A stretch of 64,000 nt of DNA. Source: Gammaproteobacteria bacterium. Its GTDB lineage: Bacteria > Pseudomonadota > Gammaproteobacteria > Burkholderiales > JAHFRG01. Numbering within the stretch: position 1 is the stretch's first letter; each line of letters opens with the position of its first letter. Below, one piece after another: positions 18,537 through 27,689 of the stretch. Location: the NCBI GenBank assembly GCA_041495205.1, contig JBGQCF010000005.1, forward strand, positions 9,343 through 73,342, in the 5' to 3' direction. A program made the translations under genes and the position numbers. The notes under the pieces were generated by a model. It made no database searches. It was not told where the DNA came from and worked only from the letters and a program-made list of their open reading frames with translations.

Positions 18537-19466
18537 ATGAAGTTTGCATTCGTATTTCCAGGGCAGGGTTCTCAATCGGTTGGTATGATGCGCGGTTATG
18601 CGGATATGTCCGTGGTGCGTGAAACATTTGAGGAAGCCTCGCATATCCTTGATCAGGATTTGTGGGCGCTAGCCGAAAACGGCCCGGAATCCGCATTGAA
18701 CATGACGGTTAACACGCAGCCGCTGATGCTGGTCGCAGGTATTTCCGTATACCGCGCCTGGGAAAGCCTGGGCGGCGCAGAGCCGGCGCTGCTGGCAGGC
18801 CATAGTTTGGGAGAATACACTGCCCTGGTAGCGAGCGGCGCGATAAGCTTTGCAGATGCCTTGCCGCTGGTGCGGTTTCGGGCTGAAGCGATGCAACAAG
18901 CGGTACCTGAAGGCACGGGCGGGATTGCCGCAATTCTCGGACTGGAGGAAAAACAAGTGCGCGAGCTATGCCTTGAGGCGGCGCAGGGTGAGGTGCTGGA
19001 AGCCGTAAATTTCAACTCCCCGGAACAAGTGGTGATAGCAGGACATAGAGCGGCCGTATTGCGCGGCATGGAAGCGGCTAAAGCCAGAGGTGCGAAGCGC
19101 ACCGTTATGCTGCCGATGAGTGTGCCTGCCCATTGTTCCCTTATGCGGGACGCTGCAAACCAGCTCAGGCAACGCTTGCAATCACTAACACTTAAGACAC
19201 CGCGAATTCCGGTGCTGCATAATGCGGACGTCAATATCCATACAGAGTCGCAGGCAATCAAGGATGCTTTGGTGCGACAGCTTTATAATCCGGTGCACTG
19301 GGTGGAAACCATTCAGGCTTTGGTGCGAAAAGGTATTACCCATATCGCCGAATGCGCGCCCGGCAAAGTCCTGGCTGGTTTGAACAAGCGCATAGCCGCC
19401 AACCTGGAAGTGATGGCATTGATTGACAGCAACACCCTGAAACAGGCTTTGTCTGTGATGGTTTAG
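18537..19466 (+). CDS. fabD: Malonyl-CoA:ACP transacylase
   Basis: The 309 aa ORF begins FVFPGQGSQ and has the GHSLGEY active-site motif. Confidence 0.95.
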   Translation: MKFAFVFPGQGSQSVGMMRGYADMSVVRETFEEASHILDQDLWALAENGPESALNMTVNTQPLMLVAGISVYRAWESLGGAEPALLAGHSLGEYTALVASGAISFADALPLVRFRAEAMQQAVPEGTGGIAAILGLEEKQVRELCLEAAQGEVLEAVNFNSPEQVVIAGHRAAVLRGMEAAKARGAKRTVMLPMSVPAHCSLMRDAANQLRQRLQSLTLKTPRIPVLHNADVNIHTESQAIKDALVRQLYNPVHWVETIQALVRKGITHIAECAPGKVLAGLNKRIAANLEVMALIDSNTLKQALSVMV

Positions 19467-19502
19467 AGTGCATTTACCACGGGCTTGACCAATAGTCTCT
19501 GT

Positions 19503-20246
19503 ATGATTTTAGACAAGCATATTGCGTTAGTTACCGGAGCGAGCCGCGGCATCGGCCAAGGCATCGCTATGGAACTGGGCAGGCAAGGCGCGACCGTAAT
19601 CGGCACGGCCACCAGAGAAAGCGGTGCTGAAGCGATCAGCGGCTATCTTGCGGCAAACCATTTCCAGGGTACGGGACTGGTTTTGAATGTAAATGATGGC
19701 GACAGAATTGAACAACTGGTCGCGGAGACCCGGCAGCGTTATGGTGCAATTTCGATCCTGGTGAATAATGCCGGGATCACCCGCGACAATCTGTTGCTGC
19801 GCATGAAAGACGAAGAGTGGGATGAAATAATGTCCATCAACCTGAAATCGGTATTCAGGCTAAGCCGGGCGGTGCTGCGCGACATGGTGAAAGTGCGCTA
19901 TGGACGTATCATCAGTATCACTTCCGTTTCAGGGGTAATGGGCAATGCCGGGCAAACCAATTATTCGGCGGCCAAAGCCGGAATCGCGGGTTTTAGCAAG
20001 GCTCTGGCGCGCGAAGTGGCGAGCCGCAATATCACCGTCAACTGCGTTGCGCCCGGATTTATAGACACCGACATGACGCGCTCATTAAGCGAGGCGCAGC
20101 TGAAGGCGCTGACGCTGCATGTGCCGCTGGGCAGGCTGGGACGAGTGGAGGAGGTGGCTGCGGCGGTCGTATTCCTGGCCTCTCCTAGTGCAGGATACAT
20201 AACCGGTTGCTCGCTGCATGTGAACGGCGGCATGTACATGGATTAA
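19503..20246 (+). CDS. fabG: 3-oxoacyl-ACP reductase
   Basis: This is an SDR with the TGASRGIG, NNAG and YSAAK motifs. The start is set at the ATG that gives ~248 aa. Confidence 0.95.
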   Translation: MILDKHIALVTGASRGIGQGIAMELGRQGATVIGTATRESGAEAISGYLAANHFQGTGLVLNVNDGDRIEQLVAETRQRYGAISILVNNAGITRDNLLLRMKDEEWDEIMSINLKSVFRLSRAVLRDMVKVRYGRIISITSVSGVMGNAGQTNYSAAKAGIAGFSKALAREVASRNITVNCVAPGFIDTDMTRSLSEAQLKALTLHVPLGRLGRVEEVAAAVVFLASPSAGYITGCSLHVNGGMYMD

Positions 20247-20381
20247 CTGAACGTTTCAATTTCGATTTTATAATTAGGGCAAATTTGGTAAAATGCCACA
20301 GTTTGTGAAAGATTAGCACACCGTTTCAGTTGCATTTAGATTCAGTTGTCTTGACCACCACAGGAACAGAAGGGGGTTTAG

Positions 20382-20618
20382 ATGGAAAACATAGAGCAGC
20401 GCGTTAAGAAAATTGTTGCCGAACAGTTGGGTGTTAACGAAACCGAAGTCAAGAACGAGTCGTCATTCGTAGATGATCTTGGCGCCGATTCGCTGGATAC
20501 GGTGGAGCTGGTGATGGCGCTGGAAGAGGAATTTGAATGCGAAATCCCTGATGAAGAAGCGGAAAAAATCACCACCGTGCAGCAGGCCACAGAATACATC
20601 AAGACCCACCTCAACTGA
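20382..20618 (+). CDS. acpP: Acyl carrier protein
   Basis: The 78 aa ORF has the [20 protein letters not shown] phosphopantetheine-site motif. Confidence 0.97.
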   Translation: MENIEQRVKKIVAEQLGVNETEVKNESSFVDDLGADSLDTVELVMALEEEFECEIPDEEAEKITTVQQATEYIKTHLN

Positions 20619-20655
20619 TCTTCCCCGCCCCTAATCTTTTGCACCTGGAGTAATC

Positions 20656-21894
20656 TTGTCCAGACGCAGAGTCGTCGTTACCGGCCTCGGCATTGTTTCA
20701 CCTGTCGGAATAGGCGTCGCCGAAAACTGGAAAAACATTTTGTCGGGGAAATCGGGGATCACCAGGATCACCCGTTTTGACCCTTCGGCATTCAGCTCCC
20801 AGATTGCCGGCGAAGTGAAAGGTTTTGACCCCGGTCAATATCTCTCGGTCAAGGAAATCCGACGGATGGACACGTTTATTCATTATGGACTGGCCGCGGG
20901 TATCGAGGCGATCAAGGATTCCGGCATCGAGATCACCCCGCAAAATGCCGAGCGCATCGGCGTCAACATCGGCTCCGGTATCGGCGGCCTGCCGATGATC
21001 GAAAACTCTCACAGCGAATTACTGAGAGGCGGCCCGCGTAAAATTTCGCCGTTTTTCATTCCCGGTACTATCATCAACATGATTTCGGGCAATCTTTCCA
21101 TTATGTTTGGACTGAAAGGCCCCAATTTGGCCATCGTCACAGCGTGTACCACCGCCACGCATTGTGTTGGTGACTCGGGGCGCCTGATCGAATACGGCGA
21201 TGCCGACATCATGGTCGCCGGCGGCGCCGAATCTACGATAACCGAGCTGGCCATCGGCGGTTTTTCAGCCGCAAGGGCGCTCAGCACGCGCAATGACGAC
21301 CCGCTCACCGCCAGCAGGCCCTGGGATGTGGGGCGCGATGGTTTCGTGTTGGGGGAGGGCGCAGGGGTGTTGGTGCTCGAAGAAATGGAGCATGCCAAAA
21401 AGCGCGGCGCGCGCATTTATGCCGAACTCGCGGGCTTTGGCATGAGCGCGGATGCGTATCACATGACTGCGCCTTGTGCAGACGGCGATGGCGCTGCGCG
21501 CTGCATGCTCAACGCCTTGCGCAACTCGGGTATTAATGCCGACCAGGTTAATTACGTCAATGCCCACGGCACTTCCACTCCGTTGGGCGATATCGCCGAG
21601 ACCGTGGCGATCAAGCGTTGTTTTGGCGAGCATGCGCGTAAACTAGCCGTGAGTTCCACCAAATCCATGACCGGGCATCTTCTGGGCGCCGCCGGCGGTG
21701 TGGAAGCGATATATTCGACGCTAAGCATACTTCATCAGGTTGCGCCTCCCACTATCAATATCTTTGAACAGGATCCGCAATGCGACCTGGATTACGTTCC
21801 CAATACCGCGCGTAACATGAAAATTGAAGTCGCGTTGTCAAACTCATTCGGCTTCGGCGGCACCAACGGTACTTTGGTATTCCGCAAAGTCTAG
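20656..21894 (+). CDS. fabF: 3-oxoacyl-ACP synthase II
   Basis: The 412 aa ORF has the active-site Cys context (VTACTTATH) and the HGTSTP and GHLLGAAG blocks. Confidence 0.95.
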   Translation: MSRRRVVVTGLGIVSPVGIGVAENWKNILSGKSGITRITRFDPSAFSSQIAGEVKGFDPGQYLSVKEIRRMDTFIHYGLAAGIEAIKDSGIEITPQNAERIGVNIGSGIGGLPMIENSHSELLRGGPRKISPFFIPGTIINMISGNLSIMFGLKGPNLAIVTACTTATHCVGDSGRLIEYGDADIMVAGGAESTITELAIGGFSAARALSTRNDDPLTASRPWDVGRDGFVLGEGAGVLVLEEMEHAKKRGARIYAELAGFGMSADAYHMTAPCADGDGAARCMLNALRNSGINADQVNYVNAHGTSTPLGDIAETVAIKRCFGEHARKLAVSSTKSMTGHLLGAAGGVEAIYSTLSILHQVAPPTINIFEQDPQCDLDYVPNTARNMKIEVALSNSFGFGGTNGTLVFRKV

Positions 21895-21978
21895 CAGCGC
21901 CGCATTCTGCGGCTTTCGGTTAAACTGCAAGCTTGCTGTTCCTTGGTCCCCAAGCCGCGGTGCTTGGTGCTGATCCTT

Positions 21979-22803
21979 ATGGTACTGATAAACGGTCTTC
22001 AATCTAATTTTTTGAGCGCATACGACCGCGGACTTGCCTACGGCGACGGTGTATTCCGCACTTTGCGAGTGATCCAGGGAAGAGCGCATTGCTGGCGACG
22101 CCACTACCAAAAACTTCAGTCCGATTGCCAGGTGTTGGGCCTCGCTTGTCCAAGCCACTCCGTGCTGAGCACAGAACTTAACCGGATTGCATTGGAAGAA
22201 CCGGAATGCGTGCTGAAAATCATTATCACCCGCGGTTCGGGTCAGCGCGGCTACCGCGTGACTGCGGGCATGCCACCTACCCGCATCATTATTACCAGCC
22301 CGCTTCCCGAGTATCCGCCAAGCTATTACGAGCGAGGTGTCAGTCTGCGTGTATGTGATTTAAGATTGAGCTGGCAGTCCCGTCTTGCCGGAATCAAGCA
22401 CCTTAACCGCTTGGAAAACGTAATGGCCAGGCGGGAGTGGGATGACGCGTCTGTTCCCGAAGGGTTGCTTCTCGATAGCGAAGGCTTTGTTATCGGCGGA
22501 ACCATGACTAACTTGTTTATGCTCAAAGGCAATGAACTATGGACACCCGATCTGACACGATGCGGTGTAGCCGGTGTACAGCGCAAACGTGTTCTGGAAC
22601 GGGCAGCCACCTCAGGCATTCCTTGCGCTGAGCGTCATATTTTATTGGTGCAGTTATTGCAGGCAAATGAAATTTTTCTTACCAACAGTGTGATCGGCGT
22701 GTGGCAGGTTGGAGAAATAGGGCAAAACCGATGGGAGCCAGGCGCTTTCACGCCCAAGGTCAGGCAGTGGCTTAACGAACCCTGTGATGAAACGCCTAAT
22801 TAG
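21979..22803 (+). CDS. pabC: Aminodeoxychorismate lyase
   Basis: This is a class IV aminotransferase fold with the blocks DRGLAYGDGVF and IKHLNRLENV. It follows fabF, as in Pseudomonas. The start is set at the internal ATG (MVLINGL). Confidence 0.8.
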   Translation: MVLINGLQSNFLSAYDRGLAYGDGVFRTLRVIQGRAHCWRRHYQKLQSDCQVLGLACPSHSVLSTELNRIALEEPECVLKIIITRGSGQRGYRVTAGMPPTRIIITSPLPEYPPSYYERGVSLRVCDLRLSWQSRLAGIKHLNRLENVMARREWDDASVPEGLLLDSEGFVIGGTMTNLFMLKGNELWTPDLTRCGVAGVQRKRVLERAATSGIPCAERHILLVQLLQANEIFLTNSVIGVWQVGEIGQNRWEPGAFTPKVRQWLNEPCDETPN

Positions 22804-23806
22804 AGCCCTGTTGTTTCTTGCGTTAGCGGTTTTCGCAACGGCAGCGGGCTGGTTGATTTATTATGCCGATACACCGCTGCAATTGCCGCGCACGCCTTTG
22901 GAATTCAGCTTGAAGCAGGGTTCCAGCCTGCGTAACGGTGCGAAACAGCTGACTGAAATCGGGGTTCTGGACCACCCATGGAGTTTTATTGTCATGGCAA
23001 GGGTTTTGGGCAAAGCGGGGGAAATCAAGGCAGGCAACTACGAATTCACCAACAATCTAACCCCTTACCGGTTGCTCACCAAGCTCACCAAAGGCGATGT
23101 CACGATGAAGGAAATCGCTTTCATCGAGGGCTGGACGTTCAATCAGTTGCGCAAAGTGCTTGACGATTATCCGGGAATCCGGCATGACAGCGCGAACCTC
23201 AGCGACGAGGAGATATTAAAGCGCATCGGTGCCACCGAAAATTCTGCTGAAGGGCTGTTTTTCCCTGATACTTATTTCTTTAATGACGGCATGAGCGATC
23301 TCACGATACTCAAACGCGCTTATCGAACCATGGAATCCAACCTCGCCACGGTTTGGGAAACGCGTGCCAAAGATTTGCCGTTTTCGGATACTCACCAAGC
23401 GCTGATCATGGCCTCTATTGTGGAAAAAGAGACCGCTCAAGCCGCCGAGAGGCGCATGGTTGCCGCAGTGTTAATAAACCGCCTGAGACTGGGCATGAAG
23501 TTGCAGGCGGATCCCACGGTGATTTATGGCCTGGGTGATAAGTTTGACGGAAATTTGCGCAAGCGCGATTTGACCTGGGATACGATTTATAACACTTATA
23601 CCCGCGAAGGCTTGCCGCCGACGCCCATCGCCCTGCCAGGGTTCGCCTCGATCCAGGCCACACTCAATCCTGCCGACACCAAGGCCCTGTATTTTGTCTC
23701 CAGGGGCGACGGCACATCGCACTTTTCGGAGTCGCTGGAGGAGCACAACCGCGCCGTGACAAAATATCAAAAAAGCGGCCGCCACAATCGGGGCAACGGA
23801 GATTAA
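22787..23806 (+). CDS. mltG: Endolytic murein transglycosylase MltG (YceG)
   Basis: The protein has an N-terminal TM segment and YceG blocks (ASIVEKET, DPTVIYG, YNTYTREGLPPTPIA). Confidence 0.9.
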   Translation: MKRLIRALLFLALAVFATAAGWLIYYADTPLQLPRTPLEFSLKQGSSLRNGAKQLTEIGVLDHPWSFIVMARVLGKAGEIKAGNYEFTNNLTPYRLLTKLTKGDVTMKEIAFIEGWTFNQLRKVLDDYPGIRHDSANLSDEEILKRIGATENSAEGLFFPDTYFFNDGMSDLTILKRAYRTMESNLATVWETRAKDLPFSDTHQALIMASIVEKETAQAAERRMVAAVLINRLRLGMKLQADPTVIYGLGDKFDGNLRKRDLTWDTIYNTYTREGLPPTPIALPGFASIQATLNPADTKALYFVSRGDGTSHFSESLEEHNRAVTKYQKSGRHNRGNGD

Positions 23807-23809
23807 GAC

Positions 23810-24442
23810 TTGAATTCACCACGGCAAAACACCAAAGGCAGATTCATCACCCTCGAAGGCATAGACGGCGCGGGCAAAAGCACGCACTTGTCCTGGATCG
23901 CCGAGCAGTTGCGGGTGCGTTGCCCCGAAGTGGTGGTGACTCGCGAGCCGGGCGGCACGCCATTAGGAGAAAAACTGAGAGAAGTTCTGCTCAAACAGAC
24001 TATGCACCCTGAAACCGAAACACTAATCATATTTGCAGCGCGGCGAGAGCATCTGGATAAAGTAATCCTTCCCGCGTTGACGCGCGGCGCATGGGTGATT
24101 GCAGACCGTTTCAGCGATGCCACCTTTGCTTATCAGGGTGGGGGCAGGGGGGTGTCACCGGATAAACTGGAAATTTTGGAACGATGGATACAGCAGGGGT
24201 TGCAACCCGATCTTACTCTGCTGTTTGACGTGCCAGTGGCGATTGGCAAAAAGCGGCTTTCCGGTAACGCGAGGTTTGATCGTTTTGAGCGCGAGCAAGA
24301 AGTATTCTTTGAGAATGTGCGCTCGGCCTATCTAGAGCGTGCCGCACGCTACCCGCGGCGATTTCGGGTGATTGATGCCTCACAAAGCATGGAGCAAGTT
24401 AAGAAACAACTCAAACAAATAATTACATCATATTGTTTATGA
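23810..24442 (+). CDS. tmk: Thymidylate kinase
   Basis: The P-loop reads [14 protein letters not shown] and a DRF block is present. The start codon is TTG. Confidence 0.9.
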   Translation: MNSPRQNTKGRFITLEGIDGAGKSTHLSWIAEQLRVRCPEVVVTREPGGTPLGEKLREVLLKQTMHPETETLIIFAARREHLDKVILPALTRGAWVIADRFSDATFAYQGGGRGVSPDKLEILERWIQQGLQPDLTLLFDVPVAIGKKRLSGNARFDRFEREQEVFFENVRSAYLERAARYPRRFRVIDASQSMEQVKKQLKQIITSYCL

Positions 24443-25473
24443 ATATATATCCTTGGCAAGAGAATATCTGGAGGCAGCTCGTTTCGCAACTGAGGAGTTG
24501 GCCAAACGCATTCCTCTTGAAAGGCCGCAGCGGTATCGGCAAGCTCGATTTCGCGCGCGCTATGTCGCAGTACCTGCTGTGTGAAGCCCGGCTGCCCTCC
24601 TTAGCCGTATGCGGTAAGTGCCAGGGGTGTTTGTGGTTTGCGAATGGCAACCACCCCGACTTTCGCTTGCTGGAACCGGCGGCTTACAGCGAACATGCCG
24701 AAGAAACCGATACCGACGAAAAGACAAGGAACACCGAGAAAAAAACCGGCAATCAAATCAGTATTGAGCAAATCCGGGAGTTGGATGATTTCATCAACCT
24801 TACCAGTCATCGCAATGGCTACAAGGTGATTCTGATTCATCCTGCGGAGGCAATGAATCCACATGCGGCAAACGCGCTTTTGAAAACCCTGGAAGAGCCG
24901 CCTGGTAATACCTTGTTCATCCTGGTTTCGCACAAGCCGCAGCGCTTGCTGCCGACCATAGTCAGCCGCTGCCGTAGTGTGGCGATGCCGGTTCCGGGGA
25001 GGGAGGCAGCGCTCATGTGGCTAGTGCAACAGAGTGTCAACGAACCGGATATCGTTTTAGCGCAAGCCGGTTACGCGCCACTTGCCGCGTTGGAGATCAG
25101 TAAAGGAGAAAGCCAGGAGCACCGCATGGAGTTCCTGCAACAGATCAGCGCTGCCAAGCTAAATCCTCTTTCGCTCGCAGAAAGCGCCCAGCAATACCCG
25201 CTTTCAGATATTATCAATTGGCTGCAAAAATGGATTTGCGACTTAACATACTGCAAATTTGCCGGCAAAGTCCGTTATCATTTGGATTTCGCGGACAAAC
25301 TGCAAAAGCTGGCTGAAAGTGCGAACGCTTTGAATCTGGTGCGTTATTACCGGGAACTCCTGGAGGCGCAGCGCGCGGTGCGGCATCCGTTGAATACCCG
25401 GCTGGTGCTGGAGCAGCTGGCGATATCGTATTGCAGATGGGTGCTTAATACAGAGAGGGTGGGGAATGAGTGA
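24439..25473 (+). CDS. holB: DNA polymerase III delta-prime subunit
   Basis: The protein begins YPWQ, has a degenerate P-loop (GRSGIGK), a Zn module (CGKCQGC) and the block LKTLEEPP. Confidence 0.85.
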   Translation: MNIYPWQENIWRQLVSQLRSWPNAFLLKGRSGIGKLDFARAMSQYLLCEARLPSLAVCGKCQGCLWFANGNHPDFRLLEPAAYSEHAEETDTDEKTRNTEKKTGNQISIEQIRELDDFINLTSHRNGYKVILIHPAEAMNPHAANALLKTLEEPPGNTLFILVSHKPQRLLPTIVSRCRSVAMPVPGREAALMWLVQQSVNEPDIVLAQAGYAPLAALEISKGESQEHRMEFLQQISAAKLNPLSLAESAQQYPLSDIINWLQKWICDLTYCKFAGKVRYHLDFADKLQKLAESANALNLVRYYRELLEAQRAVRHPLNTRLVLEQLAISYCRWVLNTERVGNE

Positions 25474-25834
25474 TACGCAAAAATCTCAGGCAGCAGTGCG
25501 GCCTGGAGTGCTTTCCTTGAATATCAAGGAAAAATCTGCGCTGTACGCGGCGTACATGTCTTCTTTGAAAGGTGGAGGAATTTTTATCCCCACCAACAAA
25601 AGTTACCACATCGGCGATGACGTGTTCATGCTGTTGAGCCTCTTGGGAGATCCCAACAAGTTACCAGTGGCCGGACGCGTGGTGTGGATCACGCCGGCAG
25701 GAACCCAGGGCAACAAGGTGCAGGGCATAGGCGTGCAGTTCAACAGCGACGACAGCGGAACCGCGGCGCGCGTCAAAATAGAAGGATTGTTGGGCGGTTA
25801 TCTGCATTCCAGCCGGCCTACGCATACGATGTAA
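25466..25834 (+). CDS. pilZ: PilZ domain protein (type IV pilus PilZ-like)
   Basis: The 122 aa ORF lies downstream of holB as in Pseudomonas and has the block PVAGRVVWITP...GIGVQF. Confidence 0.75.
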   Translation: MSDTQKSQAAVRPGVLSLNIKEKSALYAAYMSSLKGGGIFIPTNKSYHIGDDVFMLLSLLGDPNKLPVAGRVVWITPAGTQGNKVQGIGVQFNSDDSGTAARVKIEGLLGGYLHSSRPTHTM

Positions 25835-25858
25835 TACCGGGCTTGCCCACCCTATAGC

Positions 25859-26623
25859 ATGTTTGTTGATTCCCACTGCCACATCAATTTCCCTGAATTT
25901 GCCGGCAAGGTTCCCGAAGTTCTGGAGAAAATGCGCGAGAACGAGGTGAGCCACGCATTGTGCGTCAGTGTGAATTTCCCCGAATTTCCCGAGGTGCGCG
26001 CCCTGGCCGAGCAATATCCAAATATCTATGCTTCGATTGGCGTGCACCCGGACTACGAGGAGGAAGGGGAGATCACGGTTGAAGATTTGCTGACGCGCAC
26101 CCACCATCCCAAAGTCATCGCCATCGGTGAAACCGGTTTGGATTACTATCGGCTGAAAGGTGACCTGGAATGGCAGAAAACACGTTTCCGCAACCATATC
26201 CGTGCAGCCAGGCAATGCGGCAAACCCCTCATCGTCCACATGCGCGAAGCTGCCGATGACACCCTGCAAATCATGGAACAGGAAGGTGCTGGCGAAATCG
26301 GCGGGGTCATGCACTGCTTTACCGGAAGCTGGGAAACCGCCCAAGCCGCCATGGCTATGGGTTTCTACATCTCGTTTTCCGGCATCGTGACTTTTAAGAA
26401 CGCTGCTGGACTTAGGGAAGTCGCGGTGAAAGTGCCGCTTGAGCGTATGCTGATCGAGACCGATTCTCCTTATCTTGCGCCGGTGCCACACCGCGGCAAA
26501 ACTAATGAACCTGCCTTTGTGCGCCATGTAGCTGAAGAAATTGCCCGTCTGCGTAACTTGTCTGTTGAAGAAGTAGGCAGGGCCACCACGCAAAACTTTT
26601 TCAAGCTTTTCAGGCTGCAATAA
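25859..26623 (+). CDS. tatD: TatD-family metal-dependent hydrolase
   Basis: The 254 aa ORF carries the blocks DSHCH, GETGLDY and ETDSPYL. Confidence 0.9.
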   Translation: MFVDSHCHINFPEFAGKVPEVLEKMRENEVSHALCVSVNFPEFPEVRALAEQYPNIYASIGVHPDYEEEGEITVEDLLTRTHHPKVIAIGETGLDYYRLKGDLEWQKTRFRNHIRAARQCGKPLIVHMREAADDTLQIMEQEGAGEIGGVMHCFTGSWETAQAAMAMGFYISFSGIVTFKNAAGLREVAVKVPLERMLIETDSPYLAPVPHRGKTNEPAFVRHVAEEIARLRNLSVEEVGRATTQNFFKLFRLQ

Positions 26624-26867
26624 AGCCTTAAAGAAGCGTCCCCATCGGATTATCTTCGATGCCGACGGCCCGAAAAGGACTTCGTATAATGTATATTATG
26701 TTAAATTATTATTGTTCAGCCCGAAACAGCAGCTTGCATAATCTTCCTCAAGTAGAATAAAGCCCCTTCTTCTTAAATTATTATCGTCTTGGTCTTCAAA
26801 AAGCAGTTGTAATGCTAAGCCAAATATAAGGATAATTTCCGTACTGCTCATATACTTCAGCTCTAAT

Positions 26868-27689
26868 TTATCCGACAAGAACCACTGGACAGTCGATCTC
26901 GTTGAGCAAAGTGGCGAAGCCCTCGCCTTCGCGGAAGCGCCTATCGCCGTTGAGGACCAACACACCGGCGCCCTCTCGCCGCACCGCCGTAGCAAGATCC
27001 TCTACCCCTGCGTAAGTGATGCACTGGCAAGCGGCCGAGGTGATTCCTGCGTGCGCCAGCAGAACCTTTGCCTCGCTTGCGCGCGAGGAGAACTCATCTG
27101 CAGTAGATGCAAGTACCAGCAATCTCAATTCCAGGCTGCCCGATAGCGCCAGTCGTTGCGCCAATTCCAATGCCCGGTGTGAACTAGCCGAACCATCGTA
27201 TACCGCCACGACCGGGCGAGATTCCCGAGTGGGCCGGGTTAGACCCGGCAACGTTTCAACCAGCAAATACCCCAGCGACCGCATTCCCATTCGCGCGCGA
27301 TTGCCCAGTACGACAAGATCGAGTTCACCGGCCAAGGCGAACAACTCGTCGGCAATCTGGCCGCGTGCGATGTGAAACGACCAACGCAGCTGCAACCGGG
27401 CGGCCGTCTCGGCGAGCAGGTGCTGTGCTTCTTCCGCCTCACGGCGCAAGGCCTGCTCCACATCCTCCAATGCGATGGTGCGCGAATCAGGAGACAAAAA
27501 CCCGAGTTCGCGCGTGAAAGGCAGGCTGCCAACCCGCAACAAATTGATGTCCTCGACGAATAGTCCCGCCAATTCGGCATCCAGTTCGGCAGCCAAGGCG
27601 GCGGCTGTCGCCAGCGCCGTCCTGCTGCGCGGCGAAACATCCAGTGCGAGCAGCACCTTGCCGATTCTAGGGTTGTCCTGCATCGCCAT
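26868..27689 (-). CDS. Tandem universal stress protein (USP) domain protein
   Basis: The 273 aa ORF has two USP-like halves (VLLALDVSPRS... and VVAVYDGSASSHRAL...). Its start overlaps the stop of the Lon-like gene by 23 nt. Confidence 0.65.
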   Translation of the reverse strand: MAMQDNPRIGKVLLALDVSPRSRTALATAAALAAELDAELAGLFVEDINLLRVGSLPFTRELGFLSPDSRTIALEDVEQALRREAEEAQHLLAETAARLQLRWSFHIARGQIADELFALAGELDLVVLGNRARMGMRSLGYLLVETLPGLTRPTRESRPVVAVYDGSASSHRALELAQRLALSGSLELRLLVLASTADEFSSRASEAKVLLAHAGITSAACQCITYAGVEDLATAVRREGAGVLVLNGDRRFREGEGFATLLNEIDCPVVLVG

